DNA from: Macrostomum lignano
Lineage: Eukaryota
DNA length: 64,000 nt
Reading direction: 5' to 3'
Assembly (NCBI GenBank): GCA_002269645.1
Contig: NIVC01001876.1
Coordinates: 57,118 to 121,117 of the forward strand
Shown: positions 38,016 through 55,470 of the stretch, in pieces
Layout: the number at the start of each line of letters is the position of its first letter
How positions within the stretch are numbered: position 1 is the first letter of the stretch
Translations under genes and position numbers: made by a program
Notes under the pieces: generated by a model
Database searches by the model: none
The model's input: the letters and a program-made list of their open reading frames with translations, nothing else
Told to the model about the DNA's origin: nothing

Positions 38016-38630
38016 TTAAAAAATATGTCTACTTTCTAACCCTAGCCTAACCCTAACCCTAATCCTAACCCTAACAGAAATTATAATTAACAGTTTATTA
38101 ACAGTTATTCCCGGTGTAAAAATCGACGTCGAATCGACTTCGAAAATTTTAGGCCGAATCGACGTCGAATGATGTCCCGGTGATTCGACGTCGATTCGAA
38201 GTCGAGTTTTTCGGCCTAAATTTCGCGATACTTCCTTGATTTTCGCCTCTGAATGTGCCTCAAAACAAACAAAATTCTTTAAAGAAATAACTTAATTTAA
38301 ATATTCAATACGAGGGTGACTTCATGTAGTATATCTTTTGAATGCGCGGCATTAAATCAGAACAAAATAACCGCATAAAATGGAACACAAAAGCTGAAAT
38401 ATGGTTTATTTTTAAAGAAACTACGAGCGCAGTAAAGAGAAGCTTTGGTATATAAATTAACAAAACAATTACAACGATTAGAAAAGACAACGCAAAAAGT
38501 CGGAAAAACTAAAAACTAAGAAATTTATGATGAATGGACTTTGATATCCAGCGTCTTTGAGAAGCTTATATGAGTAGTAGTTCGTATTTAAAAACGTATC
38601 ATGATGCAGAAATCTAAGCACTCTTAAAAT

Positions 38631-40604
38631 TCACTCCTCATGTCGCTTTGACGTGGCCCTCACTTTTGAATCTTTCAGCATTCGCTTAATCTTTTGAGTG
38701 ATTCGCTCCTCAGAAGCTTGCGGAAACGCCTTGGTTACGGCCACTGAAAGCAAATAAATTCACTGCATTTTACACGTAGGCACGCGAGTACTTTTTGTGT
38801 GACACCGTTTTAACTGCATGGAAATACAATTACAGGTAAATAGACAGGGGCGTCGCCATGGATTTTATGGTGGGGGGGACAAAGCCAAGAATTCTATATG
38901 CACATGTACACGACGAAATGCCTACATGTACATTATTTTCAGAATCGGTGTTGTCAGCACTAATTTTAGCACTGCAGACACTTATTTTAGCGCCACAGGC
39001 ACTCATTTTAGCACTGCAGACACTCATTTTAGCGCCGCAGGCGCTATTTTGTCACCATGCAGCAAAAATTAATAACGGGCCACAAGATGTCCCCCCTGTC
39101 CCCCCCCCCGTTGGTGACGCCCTGTAAATATATTAGTAGTGCACATTAGTGGTACATTAACGGGTAAATATAAATATACGAAGTACATTTGGAAATGATA
39201 CGTATAAATTCCTAAGCAAAGGTTTGGCAGGAGCATTAGTTCATAACATTAACTTACAAATGACGATCGGTTCCAAGGTTTTGGCAAATGATAGCTTATT
39301 GCCACTTGTTTTTCGTGCTTGCGAATAATCCCTACCAGACCGATTGAAAGCCTGTTGAAACTTTCTTGACAGCAGAAAGTCCATTATTCTTGCTGTGTGG
39401 GCTTCAGCAGTGTTGCCACCAAGGCGTCGTAGCTTCGAAATCTGTAAAAGGACGCGCGTTTGAGTCACCTGCAACATCAGTCATTTTTATATGTACCGTA
39501 CCAAAGAACTTTTTCATGCATGCAGCATAATATTTCGTGATATTTATTTAAAATGATGTTAAACTCATGAAATATGAAGCAATTTTGCGCCCATAAACAT
39601 TTGATAAAAGTATTGAGACATGAATTGACTTACTATAGCGTTCCGGAAACCAGATTCTTGTAGCTTCCGACAGAAGCTCTGGTATTCAGATACATTTTTC
39701 ATCGGAAGGTCACCAAGTGAATCATCTATATGTACCAGCAGTGACGGAGACTCAGCGGCGTCAGATGAGGTGGTCGACTGGTTCTTTGAAACCATCTTGA
39801 TGTCGCGCGGTGGGCGAGTAGATGCACTATTCCTGCAGGAACAAGAACAACGCATGTACGAGTACTTTATCATGAAGTTTCTACAGCAGGATTTCGATTT
39901 GCATTATTTACCCGTATATTTACCTCTGTTGGAGTAAAGGTCCAATCCAGCGGAACGGAAGTCTTTCTCCCACTTGCTCACTATTGTTTGTGTCTCCAAA
40001 TGGAAACGGCCCTGATGATCCCGAGCCGGATGATTCCCGCTTGAAACCGACGAATGTGGCGTGACCCGCAGGTCTCCAGTTAGTTCTCGGAGGAGAGAAT
40101 CGCCACTGTTGGAGGTTTGTGGGACAACTCCTCCTTTGTGCATGATATTTTGGAAATCAGATGGGCCAGAACTGCACGAAACATGTGGCGGCAAACACGC
40201 GCTGTGCTGTTGATTGGGTAACAGGAGCAACGGATCTGGAAGCATAGGTCTGGATTTAGGTGCAGGCTTCCTAGAAACCGGCGCTTCAAATGGGCTCCCA
40301 GCAGAATGCACATCGGTTTCATCTGCTGTCTCATCGGATGATGTTGTTCCAAAACGATGTGACGGCACAGATATCCGCTTGAAACTCGAACGATTCACTT
40401 GTGATCCTCCTCCCCAGCATCATCCTCCTGCTCAGATATATATACAGTTGGTTCAACACCTTCATCTTCATCCAAGATTGAGCCAAATTGTCTTTCAGCA
40501 TCCATAGGCCTACTATTAAATTCACGAGTCTCAGAATCCCCTTCTACCTGAATAAAGTCCAGCAGTTTCTTCCGAATTTCCCTGTTGAAATTTCGTGAGG
40601 CCAT
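38631..40604 (-). CDS. Transposon-borne DUF4806-like protein (spliced)
   Basis: A phase-consistent model 40604-40399, 39832-39634, 39441-39258, 38743-38631 gives 233 aa. Motif LPMKNVSEYQSFCRKLQ...LRRLGG...RIMDFLLS...FNRSGR...KLSF...AVTKAFP...IKRMLKDSKVR. The open frame 40398-39904 may be an extra exon. Confidence 0.6.
38845..39124. mobile_element. hAT-type MITE nested in the last intron of the DUF4806-like gene
   Basis: TIRs CAGGGGCGTCGCCA / TGGTGACGCCCTG; flanks TAAATAGA / TAAATATA. Confidence 0.8.
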
Positions 40605-42781
40605 GTTAATCTGAAACAGTAAATTGAATCAGTGAATTAAAACAGTGAACAGTAAATTATTTTGTATAAATAAAAAATTGGCAATATTGCACAAGAAATT
40701 AAAAAGGACTAGTCTGTTATTGATAATGCTTGGTTATTATTTGGCTGTCAATGTGGATGTTTTTTGTACTAAATTTTAAGTGAAAGATTCGATGTAAATG
40801 TACACAGTTGTATAAATGATATTATGTATACTCAAAAATAGTATTTCCCAACTGTTTGAAATTCCCTCTATATTTAAAAAAGATGAACTTGACCCTAGCT
40901 AATTCAAACATTATGCAGTCTGTACTGCTCAGTAAGAATAATTCAGCAATAGTTTAGAAATGATAATACAGTGTTTGCTTTAAATGGAACATATTACTAT
41001 AAGTAAAACATTGTCTATATCTACAAAAGCCATTTAAAGTGCAATAAAGTATCAAAGGCACTAAAGTTTATAAAGGATCTATAATAACAAATAGTTAAAG
41101 TTTTTATTTTATAGGCCTAGGATCTCATGAATAATCCTAAACTAAAGCCCAAAAATAAAAAAATTGGAACTTTACAACTGTAAAGGAAATAAAATTTTAT
41201 GTTCTACATCATTAGAATTCCATTATATAAGTTGATAGAGTGCTTCTTGATTGGAGACAAATAAACCAAAAACTTGTTTAGCATCACCATGAGCAATTTG
41301 GATTAGAAGCCTATATCACTTATTATCATTTCATTAAAGCTTAATAAAAATATTTAAAAAGTTAAGCAAAGTAATAACTGAAGAATTGACATCAATCTAG
41401 TTTGGACCCCATAAAAATTGTCATAAAATAATTATGATTTCATAATAAAATCAGCAAAAAACAAACAATAAAAATTGTAGCAATTTATCTTATAAATAGC
41501 TGAAACAAGAATGCTCACTATATTTAGCACATGCCTATTGGCTCTGTGCTTCAAACAACATGTTAAAAGTGTCTTTTTAAAGTAAGGTTGCTAATGTGAC
41601 TACAGCTAGTTAATTATAAAGTTGCAAAAATTATAGAGAGAGAAGTTTTTTACTTTTTTTTACAAAAATGAATGTTGAATAATATGGCTGTTGATTAGAA
41701 CACCCCATGCATAGATGCTATGACTATAGCGACCAAATGCAATGACTAAAATTTTAGAAAAAGTCAGGAGAGAGCATATCCCAAATGACAAGTTAAAACA
41801 TAAATAACTTTGTGAAAAAAAATCTGTCGAAAGAACTAAATTAATTTGCTGCTGCATACTGCGAATGCTATTTTAAATTGATTACTTATTCAGAACTGCA
41901 TCTTATACTTAGAAATTGCAAACCTTTAAGTAACCTTCTAACTACGAGCCTTTTTTGCCCATGCGATCTAATAAGCTGCAAATTTAACGTCATTAATTTA
42001 AACTCACACCATTTAGTCTCGTGTGCTGCAAAATAGCTCGAGTAAACATTATTCTAAACAAAAAATTTAAATTAATCTGTTACTAAAAGTACTGCCGTTA
42101 CGGTCAAGTTCATATTTACAAGAGTAAATTTAATTTGTTAAAACTGTTGATGCAACTCAAATCGAAGTCGAATTTTCGACTTCTATTCGGCATCTACGTC
42201 AATTCGACTTTAGAAGAAAAATCGACTTCGAATCGACTTCGAATCGACGTCGAATTTTACACCGGGTTATAAAACAAACAGAAATAAAACACTTTTGACT
42301 CCGTTGTAAGCTCTTCTATTTAATAAGTGGAGAGTAGTTATATTTCAAAGTTCAACTACAGTCAAAGGTTTTATTTTATGAGTCGCGGCATTAAAACTAT
42401 CAAAAAATTAAATAGTTATTAATAAAAATCAAGATAAATAGTTTGTAGTGACGCAATTTCAATTCAGTGTCTTAAGTTGAAGATAAAAGTTAGAAAAAAG
42501 GTGCCACATGATCATTGAAAGTTTTTCTATTGAATGGGGCAAATTTGACGAAAATTCGTCAATTATAATAGTTCATCTTAAATAATGAATATAACTATTG
42601 CGTCACTGTGCATGACTGCGTGCCTGTGTACACTATTGGTGCACTTCTATGTGGTAATGGGCAGAATTGCCTCAGCGCTGGAATTGTGGGACTATGTCGC
42701 AAATGGCGTTGCGCGTTTTTAAGAACAATTAAGAAGTTATAAATATAAAATTAAACATTTCATTTTCATCTCTGCACTGAC

Positions 42782-43855
42782 CACAGGTACTAAAATAACT
42801 AGATGGGCAACTCAGGCATATATACTTAGTAAAACAGCTTTCTACTTTCAGTTCAGTAGCAAAGAGGAAAACAAAAGCTTTTTTATAAAAATAAAGGCAG
42901 CTGAAATGACTTTGATAAGTTTAGAAGCCCAAGCTTGCAGGCGAAAACAGCTTGCTAATCGGTTCAGCAATAATGTACACTTTTACATTAGCCAGTCCAC
43001 TGAAATGTACACTCAGCAACAGTCAAAACCGCCACCCTACGAGAGAGGCGACTTCTCTCTCACCTCAACTGCAAGTGACGCAACTCGCGCCACGGCGTGG
43101 CCAAAGCTGGGTGAGAGTGAATTCCAGAGTGAGAGTACAAAAGGGACTGGGGTTGGGGTTGGGGGTGCAACAGTACACGTGACAATGGTCAGGCATATGA
43201 CAGACGCTGAACGATGGCGCGCTGTTGGCATGCTAGAAGCTGGTGCATCCATCAGCGCAGTTGCTCGCCAATTTGGCCGATCACGTTCAACAATTCGAGC
43301 GCTGTTAACAAAGTCCCAAGATACTGGTAGTGTTCAGCACGCAGCCATAGGCAGCCAGCGCCATGATCTCCGCGGCTCAACAGCCAGGGCAAATCGACGT
43401 CTGCTGCGGATTGTCAGGCGAACTCCGACCGCGCCAGCCACCCTGCTCCATCTAATGTGGGGTGAAAGAAGCAGATGGGGCACATCCCCTGCATCCCCTG
43501 ATTGCCCTCTCCTGCATTCAGTCTCACCCAGCTCCAGCCACGTCGTGGCGCAAGTCACGTCACCTGCAGTTGAGGTGAGAGAGAAGTCGCCTCTCTCGGT
43601 AGGGTGGCGGTTTTGACTGTTGCTGAGTGTAAATGGCCGCTTAGGCTGAATCGAATTCCGAGAAAGGCAATAAAAATTGGGGGCGCGGCCGGGGAATGCG
43701 CGGTTGGAAGGCTTAAGCTGGGGGATAAGAGCCAATAAATAAGCCTTGGCTTTAAAATACTTTAAAATGATTATGTTTAACTTACTACTGAACTGAAAGT
43801 AGCTTACACGCAAATGCGCCGAGTGGCCCATCTAGTAGTTATTCTAGTTTCTGTG
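42782..43855. mobile_element. MITE family X copy interrupted by a Tc1 insertion
   Basis: Both arms match the 33545-33985 element in reverse orientation. Confidence 0.8.
43020..43629 (+). mobile_element. Internally deleted Tc1-like element retaining the N-terminal HTH
   Basis: TA|CACTCAGCAACAGTCAAAACCGCC...GGCGGTTTTGACTGTTGCTGAGTG|TA with ~110-120-bp TIRs. It encodes MTDAERWRAVGMLEAGASISAVARQFGRSRSTIRALL from about 43185; no DDE domain. Confidence 0.85.
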
Positions 43856-43903
43856 GCACTGACAGTCGAAAGTAAAATTAGCAAAAGCCAACAGTTCGCG
43901 GTA

Positions 43904-49531
<5,628 letters not shown>

Positions 49532-49689
49532 TATTAACATCAAGTTTTAATTAATAGCTCCTAATATGCTGATTGTAGATATATATTACCTATTTTTACC
49601 TACATGTAAATATGCTTTTTCTTAGCTTCAGTTGGACTTTAAAAAGGACTTTAGAAAGACATACTTATGGAACCGCCCAATAGTAAGTG

Positions 49690-50158
49690 GAACTATAGAC
49701 AGTGATACTATGGACAGTGGGACTATGGCAGTGGGACTATGGACAGTGGGATTGTGAACAGTGGGACTATGGATAGTAGGAATAAGGACAGTGGGACTAT
49801 GGACAGTGGGACTATGGACAGTAGGAATAAGGACAGTGGGACTATGGACAGTGGGACTATGGACAGTGGGACTATGGACAGTAGGAATAAGGACAGTGGG
49901 ACTATGGACAGTGGAACTATGGACAGTGGGACTATGGACAGTGGGAATATGGACAGTGGGACTATGGACAGTGGGACTATGGACAGTGGGACTATGGACA
50001 GTGGGACTATGGACAGTGGGAATATGGACAGTGGGACTATGGACAGTGGGACTATGGACAGTGGGACTATGGACAGTGGGACTATGGACAGTGGGACTAT
50101 GGACAGTGGGAATATGGACAGTGGGACTATGGACTGTGGGACTATGGACAGTGGGACT
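49690..50158. repeat. 15-bp tandem repeat GGACAGTGGGACTAT just upstream of the ligase start
   Basis: Directly visible. Confidence 0.95.
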
Positions 50159-50789
50159 CTTGTAACTGGACAAGTGACTGAATAAAAGCAAATTAAACAG
50201 AGACATCAATTTTTAAATTATCAGATAGCTTCAGTACAGCATCTTTCGATTGTGAGCAGGGCAATAATCAAATAGGCCATTATTTTAGCCGTAGCATTTA
50301 TATTTTAAATAATAGCTATTACTATTAACAAGCTAGACCTTGTCAATATATCATAAAAGCCAACTGCATTATCATCTAGCTAAAGGGGTAAATTGATAAA
50401 TCGGAACTTTCAACAAATAAAATGTTCAACACGTTAATTAGACATAGTGCGATTAACAAATAAATAAGACGCGGATGCATTGTGCCCAGTAATTCCACGG
50501 CTCATAAGTGAAGTAGCATTTGCTTTAAACAAAAAGGCAAAAATACTTTTGACAGAATGATGATCATGACCTGTTGATTGCAATCCTAACAATTTAAAAC
50601 TGTTTTTTTGTTATAAATTACTGAAGCAATATGTTTGTACTCATGGAAAGTTCGTTGCGTTTTTGTGCTGTCATTTGCAGGGTAGAATGAGACACTGACT
50701 TGTGTGCATAACTTAACTCAAAGGGTTGGTTTGAATTTTCGACATTGAGGAGTCTATTGGGCGTACAAGTTAGGAAAGAAATCGGGATC

Positions 50790-51125
50790 GAGAGTACATT
50801 TAGGGTAAGAGTGGAGAGAAAATGGTCGGGATCCTGTGTACATTTAGGGTAAGAGAGGAGGGAAAATGGTCGGGAGCCAGTCAGTGTACATTAAGGGTAA
50901 GAGAGGAGAGAAAATGGTCGGGAGCCAGTGTACATTAAGGGTAAGAGTGGAGAGGAAATGGTCGGAAGCCAGTCAGTGTACATTAAGGTTAAGAGAGGAG
51001 AGAAAATGGTCGGGAGCCAGTGTACATTAAGGGTAAGGAAGGAGAGAAAATGGTCGGGAGCCAGTGTACATAAGGGTAAGAGAGGAGACGAAATAGTCGG
51101 GAGCGAGTGTACATTGAGGAGGGTG
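50790..51125. repeat. ~44-bp tandem repeat
   Basis: Unit GTGTACATTAAGGGTAAGAGAGGAGAGAAAATGGTCGGGAGCCA. Confidence 0.85.
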
Positions 51126-51925
51126 AGACGAGATGGTCCAGAGCGAGTGTCGATTGAGGTTAAGAGAAAGAACGAGATCGTGTATAAGTTAAAACGCAAT
51201 TATGCGATGGGTTGTTAAAACACACCTATCGATTTTATGCGAAATACAAAAAAATCAGAAAGGAAATACCGGTTGTAGTTTTTATTCCCTAACGTGAGAG
51301 AAGAAAACCAATTAAACTGCTAAGAAGACAATACGCAACATAATAAACTATATGCAAAATATTTCTCTTCTATCTGCTTAAAACTACAACAAAACAGCGC
51401 CATTTCCATCTTTAAAGTTCACATTGTGCACCAAAATATTCGCATATAATAAGTGCAAGCAATTTTTTTATACTCTAGAAGCAAAATTTTTAGAAATAGT
51501 TAAGAAATTTTAACATTCTAGAGGTTCCGGTGGTTAGGCATACGAACGTAAATGACTGCTAAAGCATGCACAGTTATGAATTCATTAAATAATACAGCAA
51601 AAGCCAACAAAGCGGAGCAGAATTATGATTTATGACATGATAAACAAAGATGAGTAACATAAATAGTTTTCACTAATTAATAAAAATAGTTCTACCTTGA
51701 TACACTGGAGATTCAATGAATAAAACATACTAGTAGAAACAGAAGAGATTGTACTTTTAGATATTTAAAAAGTCCTATAATTGCATAATGGTACATCGCT
51801 AGCGGTCAATATTAGACAAGCTGCAAGTTTAACCCCCGTAATATAAGACATTTTAGAAAATAAACTGGGAAAATTTAAACTATTAGTAAAAATTACAAAA
51901 ATGTTAAAAATTAATAACATTAGAT

Positions 51926-52212
51926 GGGTTGTAGCCTAGATGTTAGAGCTGTCGGAGTCACGACTGAGAGGTCGGGGGTTCGATTCCCGACCCGCTGGAA
52001 TAATTTGTATCCTTGAGCAAGATACTTAACTTCAGTTCACCCAGCTGTAAAATGGGTGCCAGCATTAGCTGGGGTAATTGAGGGTGTGTGGCGACCCCCC
52101 AGTCCTTGGACTGAACAGCCGTATGCAGCCTTCAGATTCGCCGCGCAATAGCTGCGGCTGAGCTGTCGGTTGCACTGCAAATTCGGCCATTAATTATTAT
52201 TATTATATTATT
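51926..52212 (+). mobile_element. Full-length tRNA-derived CORE-like SINE (family B)
   Basis: A box TAGCCTAGATG, B box GGTTCGATTCCC, CORE-like TATCCTTGAGCAAGATACTTAAC...CACCCAGCTGTAAAATGGGT, and an (ATT)n tail. Confidence 0.8.
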
Positions 52213-53163
52213 CTTTTAAAAAACCAGTATAATTCTACAGCTTAAAAACAACGCACTAAAAAGACCATAAACATGATATAAGCTAATTTGGCAGTAAGAG
52301 GAAGATTACATAATATAATATATTAATATTATTGCTATTACTATAGGTTTATTATATTATTAATTAAATACCCAAGCAAGCACAGCCAAAACAAAAACAA
52401 TAGAAACATTGTTAAGATCAATAAGATTAACCTACTTTCCACTGAGCGTCTGTTCGGAGTTTTTCGGCTATATTTGTGCACCACGGAAAAATGATGGATT
52501 TTCAGTAGGTTTTCGGTTTGACTGGGCTGCTTACATTCCTATCGGCTTATTACATCTCTTACACCCTCTAGTTTAAACCCCACGCTGTGTCTTCTACACA
52601 GTAACCCATCCTCTACTCCATTTTTTTGCCCTCCAAATCAAATCAAATGTACTATCATAAGTTAACGCCGATAAACAAGTTGTTTGCGCTTAAATGTTAC
52701 TTCAATCAACCATCAACTGGTTTCTCTGTTAAGACCCGAAATATTTTACCCAGTTTTTTTATCTGGATAGCAATGCGCAAATTATATGCATATTAGAAGC
52801 AAGTAAACCTACGAGTAGAAAGGGGTGGGCAAACTCTGGACCGTGAAGCCTCTCTATACGGCCTCTCTCCTCCCTTTTCTCCTCTAATCTTATTTTTAAT
52901 CTCTTCTCTCATCCCATTTCTGGTCTCTCATCTTCTATTCCCTTTCCACTCTCATCAGACCCACAGCCATGAGCTGGATTCTTTAATCTGGCGCCATTCA
53001 TGATACCTGATCACCAACCGCTTAATGAACTACATGTAATAAAGCAGATTAAATTACTTATGACATTGTTTAAACTAGACATCAAATTAGATTGAGTTTG
53101 CAGGTTACAAATGACAATGATAAATTGATGAAGTCGGGGCAAGATTGATAAAAGTTAACGAAT

Positions 53164-55470
53164 TTACAATGACTGATTGATGCCCGAATTGCAATCTGCA
53201 TCCTCTTTAGCCAGGATGTCATTCAATAGCAAGTCGAAGTCCGCTAGATCGCGTTCAAAAAAGTCCAACTGCTGCGGTATAGCCCCGATTCTATTAGCCA
53301 ACGGGCCGCAGCCGGCGAACATGCTTAACCGTAAATTCAACGACTTCAAGCGTTGCACTAGTTTCGCTCGACGCGCCTCTGCGTCAGCTTCTGATACGGC
53401 ATCTGCTGCGTCAGCGTCGGCATTGGCGAAGCAGGCAGCCAACTGGCTGTCAGTCATAGACAATTGCTGCTGTTGCTGCTGCGATTGAAACGCCAATTCT
53501 TGTTCGGCACTACTGTGACTGCTACTATGAGTAACGTGATTGCTAGTTTCTTTGTCGTTATCTTCTTCCTCCTCTTCCTCTTCCTCTTCTTCTTCTAGAT
53601 CTTCGGAATCGTCTTCCTCTTCTAAGTCGTCTTCTTCGTCTTCTTCAGCGGCGCTCGGCTCATTCGTGGTCGACAGGCAGCGACGCGACGACAGCCTTGG
53701 CGGTGGTGTCGGTGGAGCTGCCGTTGTCATCGAGTTTTTACTGTCCTCATCGTAGCAATACTCTATGGGCGCTAGCGCCGCTTCGAGCTGTTTCGGATCG
53801 AGATTCTCGCCAGCTCGATAGCAACAGGTGAGTGTCAGTTGACCGGCCGCAGTTCGAATCGAAACTACTCGACGTTCTCGCGAATCGGAGCCGAGAGCCG
53901 CCGCGGCGGCCGACTGCGGGCCGCTGTCGCCGGCCGTCGAGCTGCCACGACGAATGTTGAAGCACAGCAGGCATCGGTCACTGATCTGTTGACGTCGGGC
54001 AATTCGATAAGCTGGTAGAACGCGACTCACCGACCACAGAGCTTTGAGTGACACCACTAATCGATCGAAAGTTTTCATTCGCTTGATAGCAGGATCGGCC
54101 TCTTCATCTGAGAAGTGAAACGTCCACACCTGCAGTCAAATTTTTTTGGAAGATATATAAACTGGTGCTTTGATTTTAGTCTGGTCACTCTGGTGAGAAC
54201 ATCGGTTGAAGGACTATTTCTATATTTTTTTCCTAGCGCATTCAGTTCCATAGCAACAGAGTCCAGTATAGCATACAGTTCCCTAGCAACCGAGCCCAAT
54301 ACCGCATTCAGTTCCCTAGCAACCGAGCCCAATACCGCATTCAGTTCCCTAGCAACCGAGCCCAATACCGCATTCAGTTCCCTAACAACCGAGCCCAATA
54401 CAGCATTCAGTTCCCTAGTAACCGAGCCCAATACCGCATTCAGTTCCCTAGCGACCGAGCCCAATACAGCATACAGTTCCCTAGCAACCGAGCCCAATAC
54501 AGCATATAGTTCCCTAGCAGCCGAGCCAAATACAGCATTCAGTTCCCTAGAAACCGAGCCCAATACTGCATACAGTTCCCTAGCGACCGAGCCCAATACA
54601 GCATACAGTTCCCTAGCAACCGAGCCCAATACAGCATATAGTTCCCTAGCAGCCGAGCCAAATACAGCATTCAGTTCCCTAGAAACCGAGCCCAATACTG
54701 CATACAGTTCCCTAGCAACCGTGACCAATACAGAATTCAGTTCCCTAGCAACCGAGCCCAATACAGCATACAGTTCCCTAGCAGCCGAGCCAAATACAGC
54801 ATTCAGTTCATACAGTTCCCTAGCAACCGAGCCCAATACCGCATTCAGTTCATACAGTTCCCTAGCAGCCGAGCCCAATACAGAATTCAGTTCCCTAGCA
54901 ACCGAGCCCAATACAGAATTCAGTTCCCTAGCAACCGAGCCCAATACAGAATTCAGTTCCCTAGCAACCGAGCCCAATACAGAATTCAGTTCCCTAGCAA
55001 CCGAGCCCAATACAGCATTCAGTTCCCTAGCAGCCGAGCCCAATACAGAATTCAGTTCCCTAGCAACCGAGCCCAATACAGCATTCAGTTCCCTAGCAGC
55101 CGAGCCCAATACAGAATTCAGTTCCCTAGCAACCGAGCCCAATACAGCATTCAGTTCATACAGTTCCCTAGCAACAAACCTCAAGAAACACGCGAGCTGG
55201 ACTTCTCTCGGAGCATAAGTAAATCTCTACCGAGTGGCTGTCATTGTTGCGCAGCTCAAAATTACTGCTAAATTGACTTTTGATTGACACGGCAATGCTT
55301 GGATCGTCCTCTAGAGACAGGCCTAGCGACACCTGCGGACTGTAGACTTTGCAACTACAGCGGAACACTTTGCTGGATCGGCTCTGCAGAATAACTTGGA
55401 TAGCCCGAAATATAAAGTAACGAATCAGTTTTTGGACAAGTCGACGGTCCTCCTGCTGGCTTGGCTCCAT
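53164..55470 (-). CDS. ATG13: Autophagy-related protein 13, HORMA domain plus C-terminal ULK-binding-like helix, 418 aa
   Basis: Exons 55470-55180 and 54129-53164 (phase 0). DRRLVQKLIRYFIFRAIQVILQSR, LEVW, RLVVSLKALWSVSRVLPAYRIARRQ, GQLTLTCCYR and QQLDFFERDLADFD follow ATG13. Confidence 0.85.
54235..55175. repeat. 33-bp tandem repeat filling the ATG13 intron
   Basis: Unit CAGTTCCCTAGCAACCGAGCCCAATACAGCATT. Confidence 0.95.

Larger units (their letters stand above)
38110..42266. mobile_element. CACTA/EnSpm-like (CMC) DNA transposon, no transposase detected
   Basis: TIRs CCCGGTGTAAAA(A/T)TCGACGTCGA at both ends, with subterminal TCGAC[G/T]TCGA repeats. TT flanks both sides (possible 2-bp TSD). 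It carries a DUF4806-like gene. Confidence 0.7.

Noticed and set aside
38036-38075. Telomere-like CCCTAA repeats (also near 1495 and 61480)
   Set aside because: Only a few degenerate units next to TE fragments; no evidence of a chromosome end or fusion.
40395-40400. A fourth missing-base frameshift in the DUF4806-like gene
   Set aside because: A phase-compatible GTGAAT donor gives an intact spliced ORF, so a frameshift is not required.
51926-52000. Possible tRNA gene (also 14060-14132)
   Set aside because: A/B boxes are present but the cloverleaf is incomplete, and both run into SINE bodies repeated elsewhere.
54075-55218. ~370-aa ORFs on both strands
   Set aside because: They come from the 33-bp satellite in the ATG13 intron; the HORMA domain is continuous once it is spliced out.
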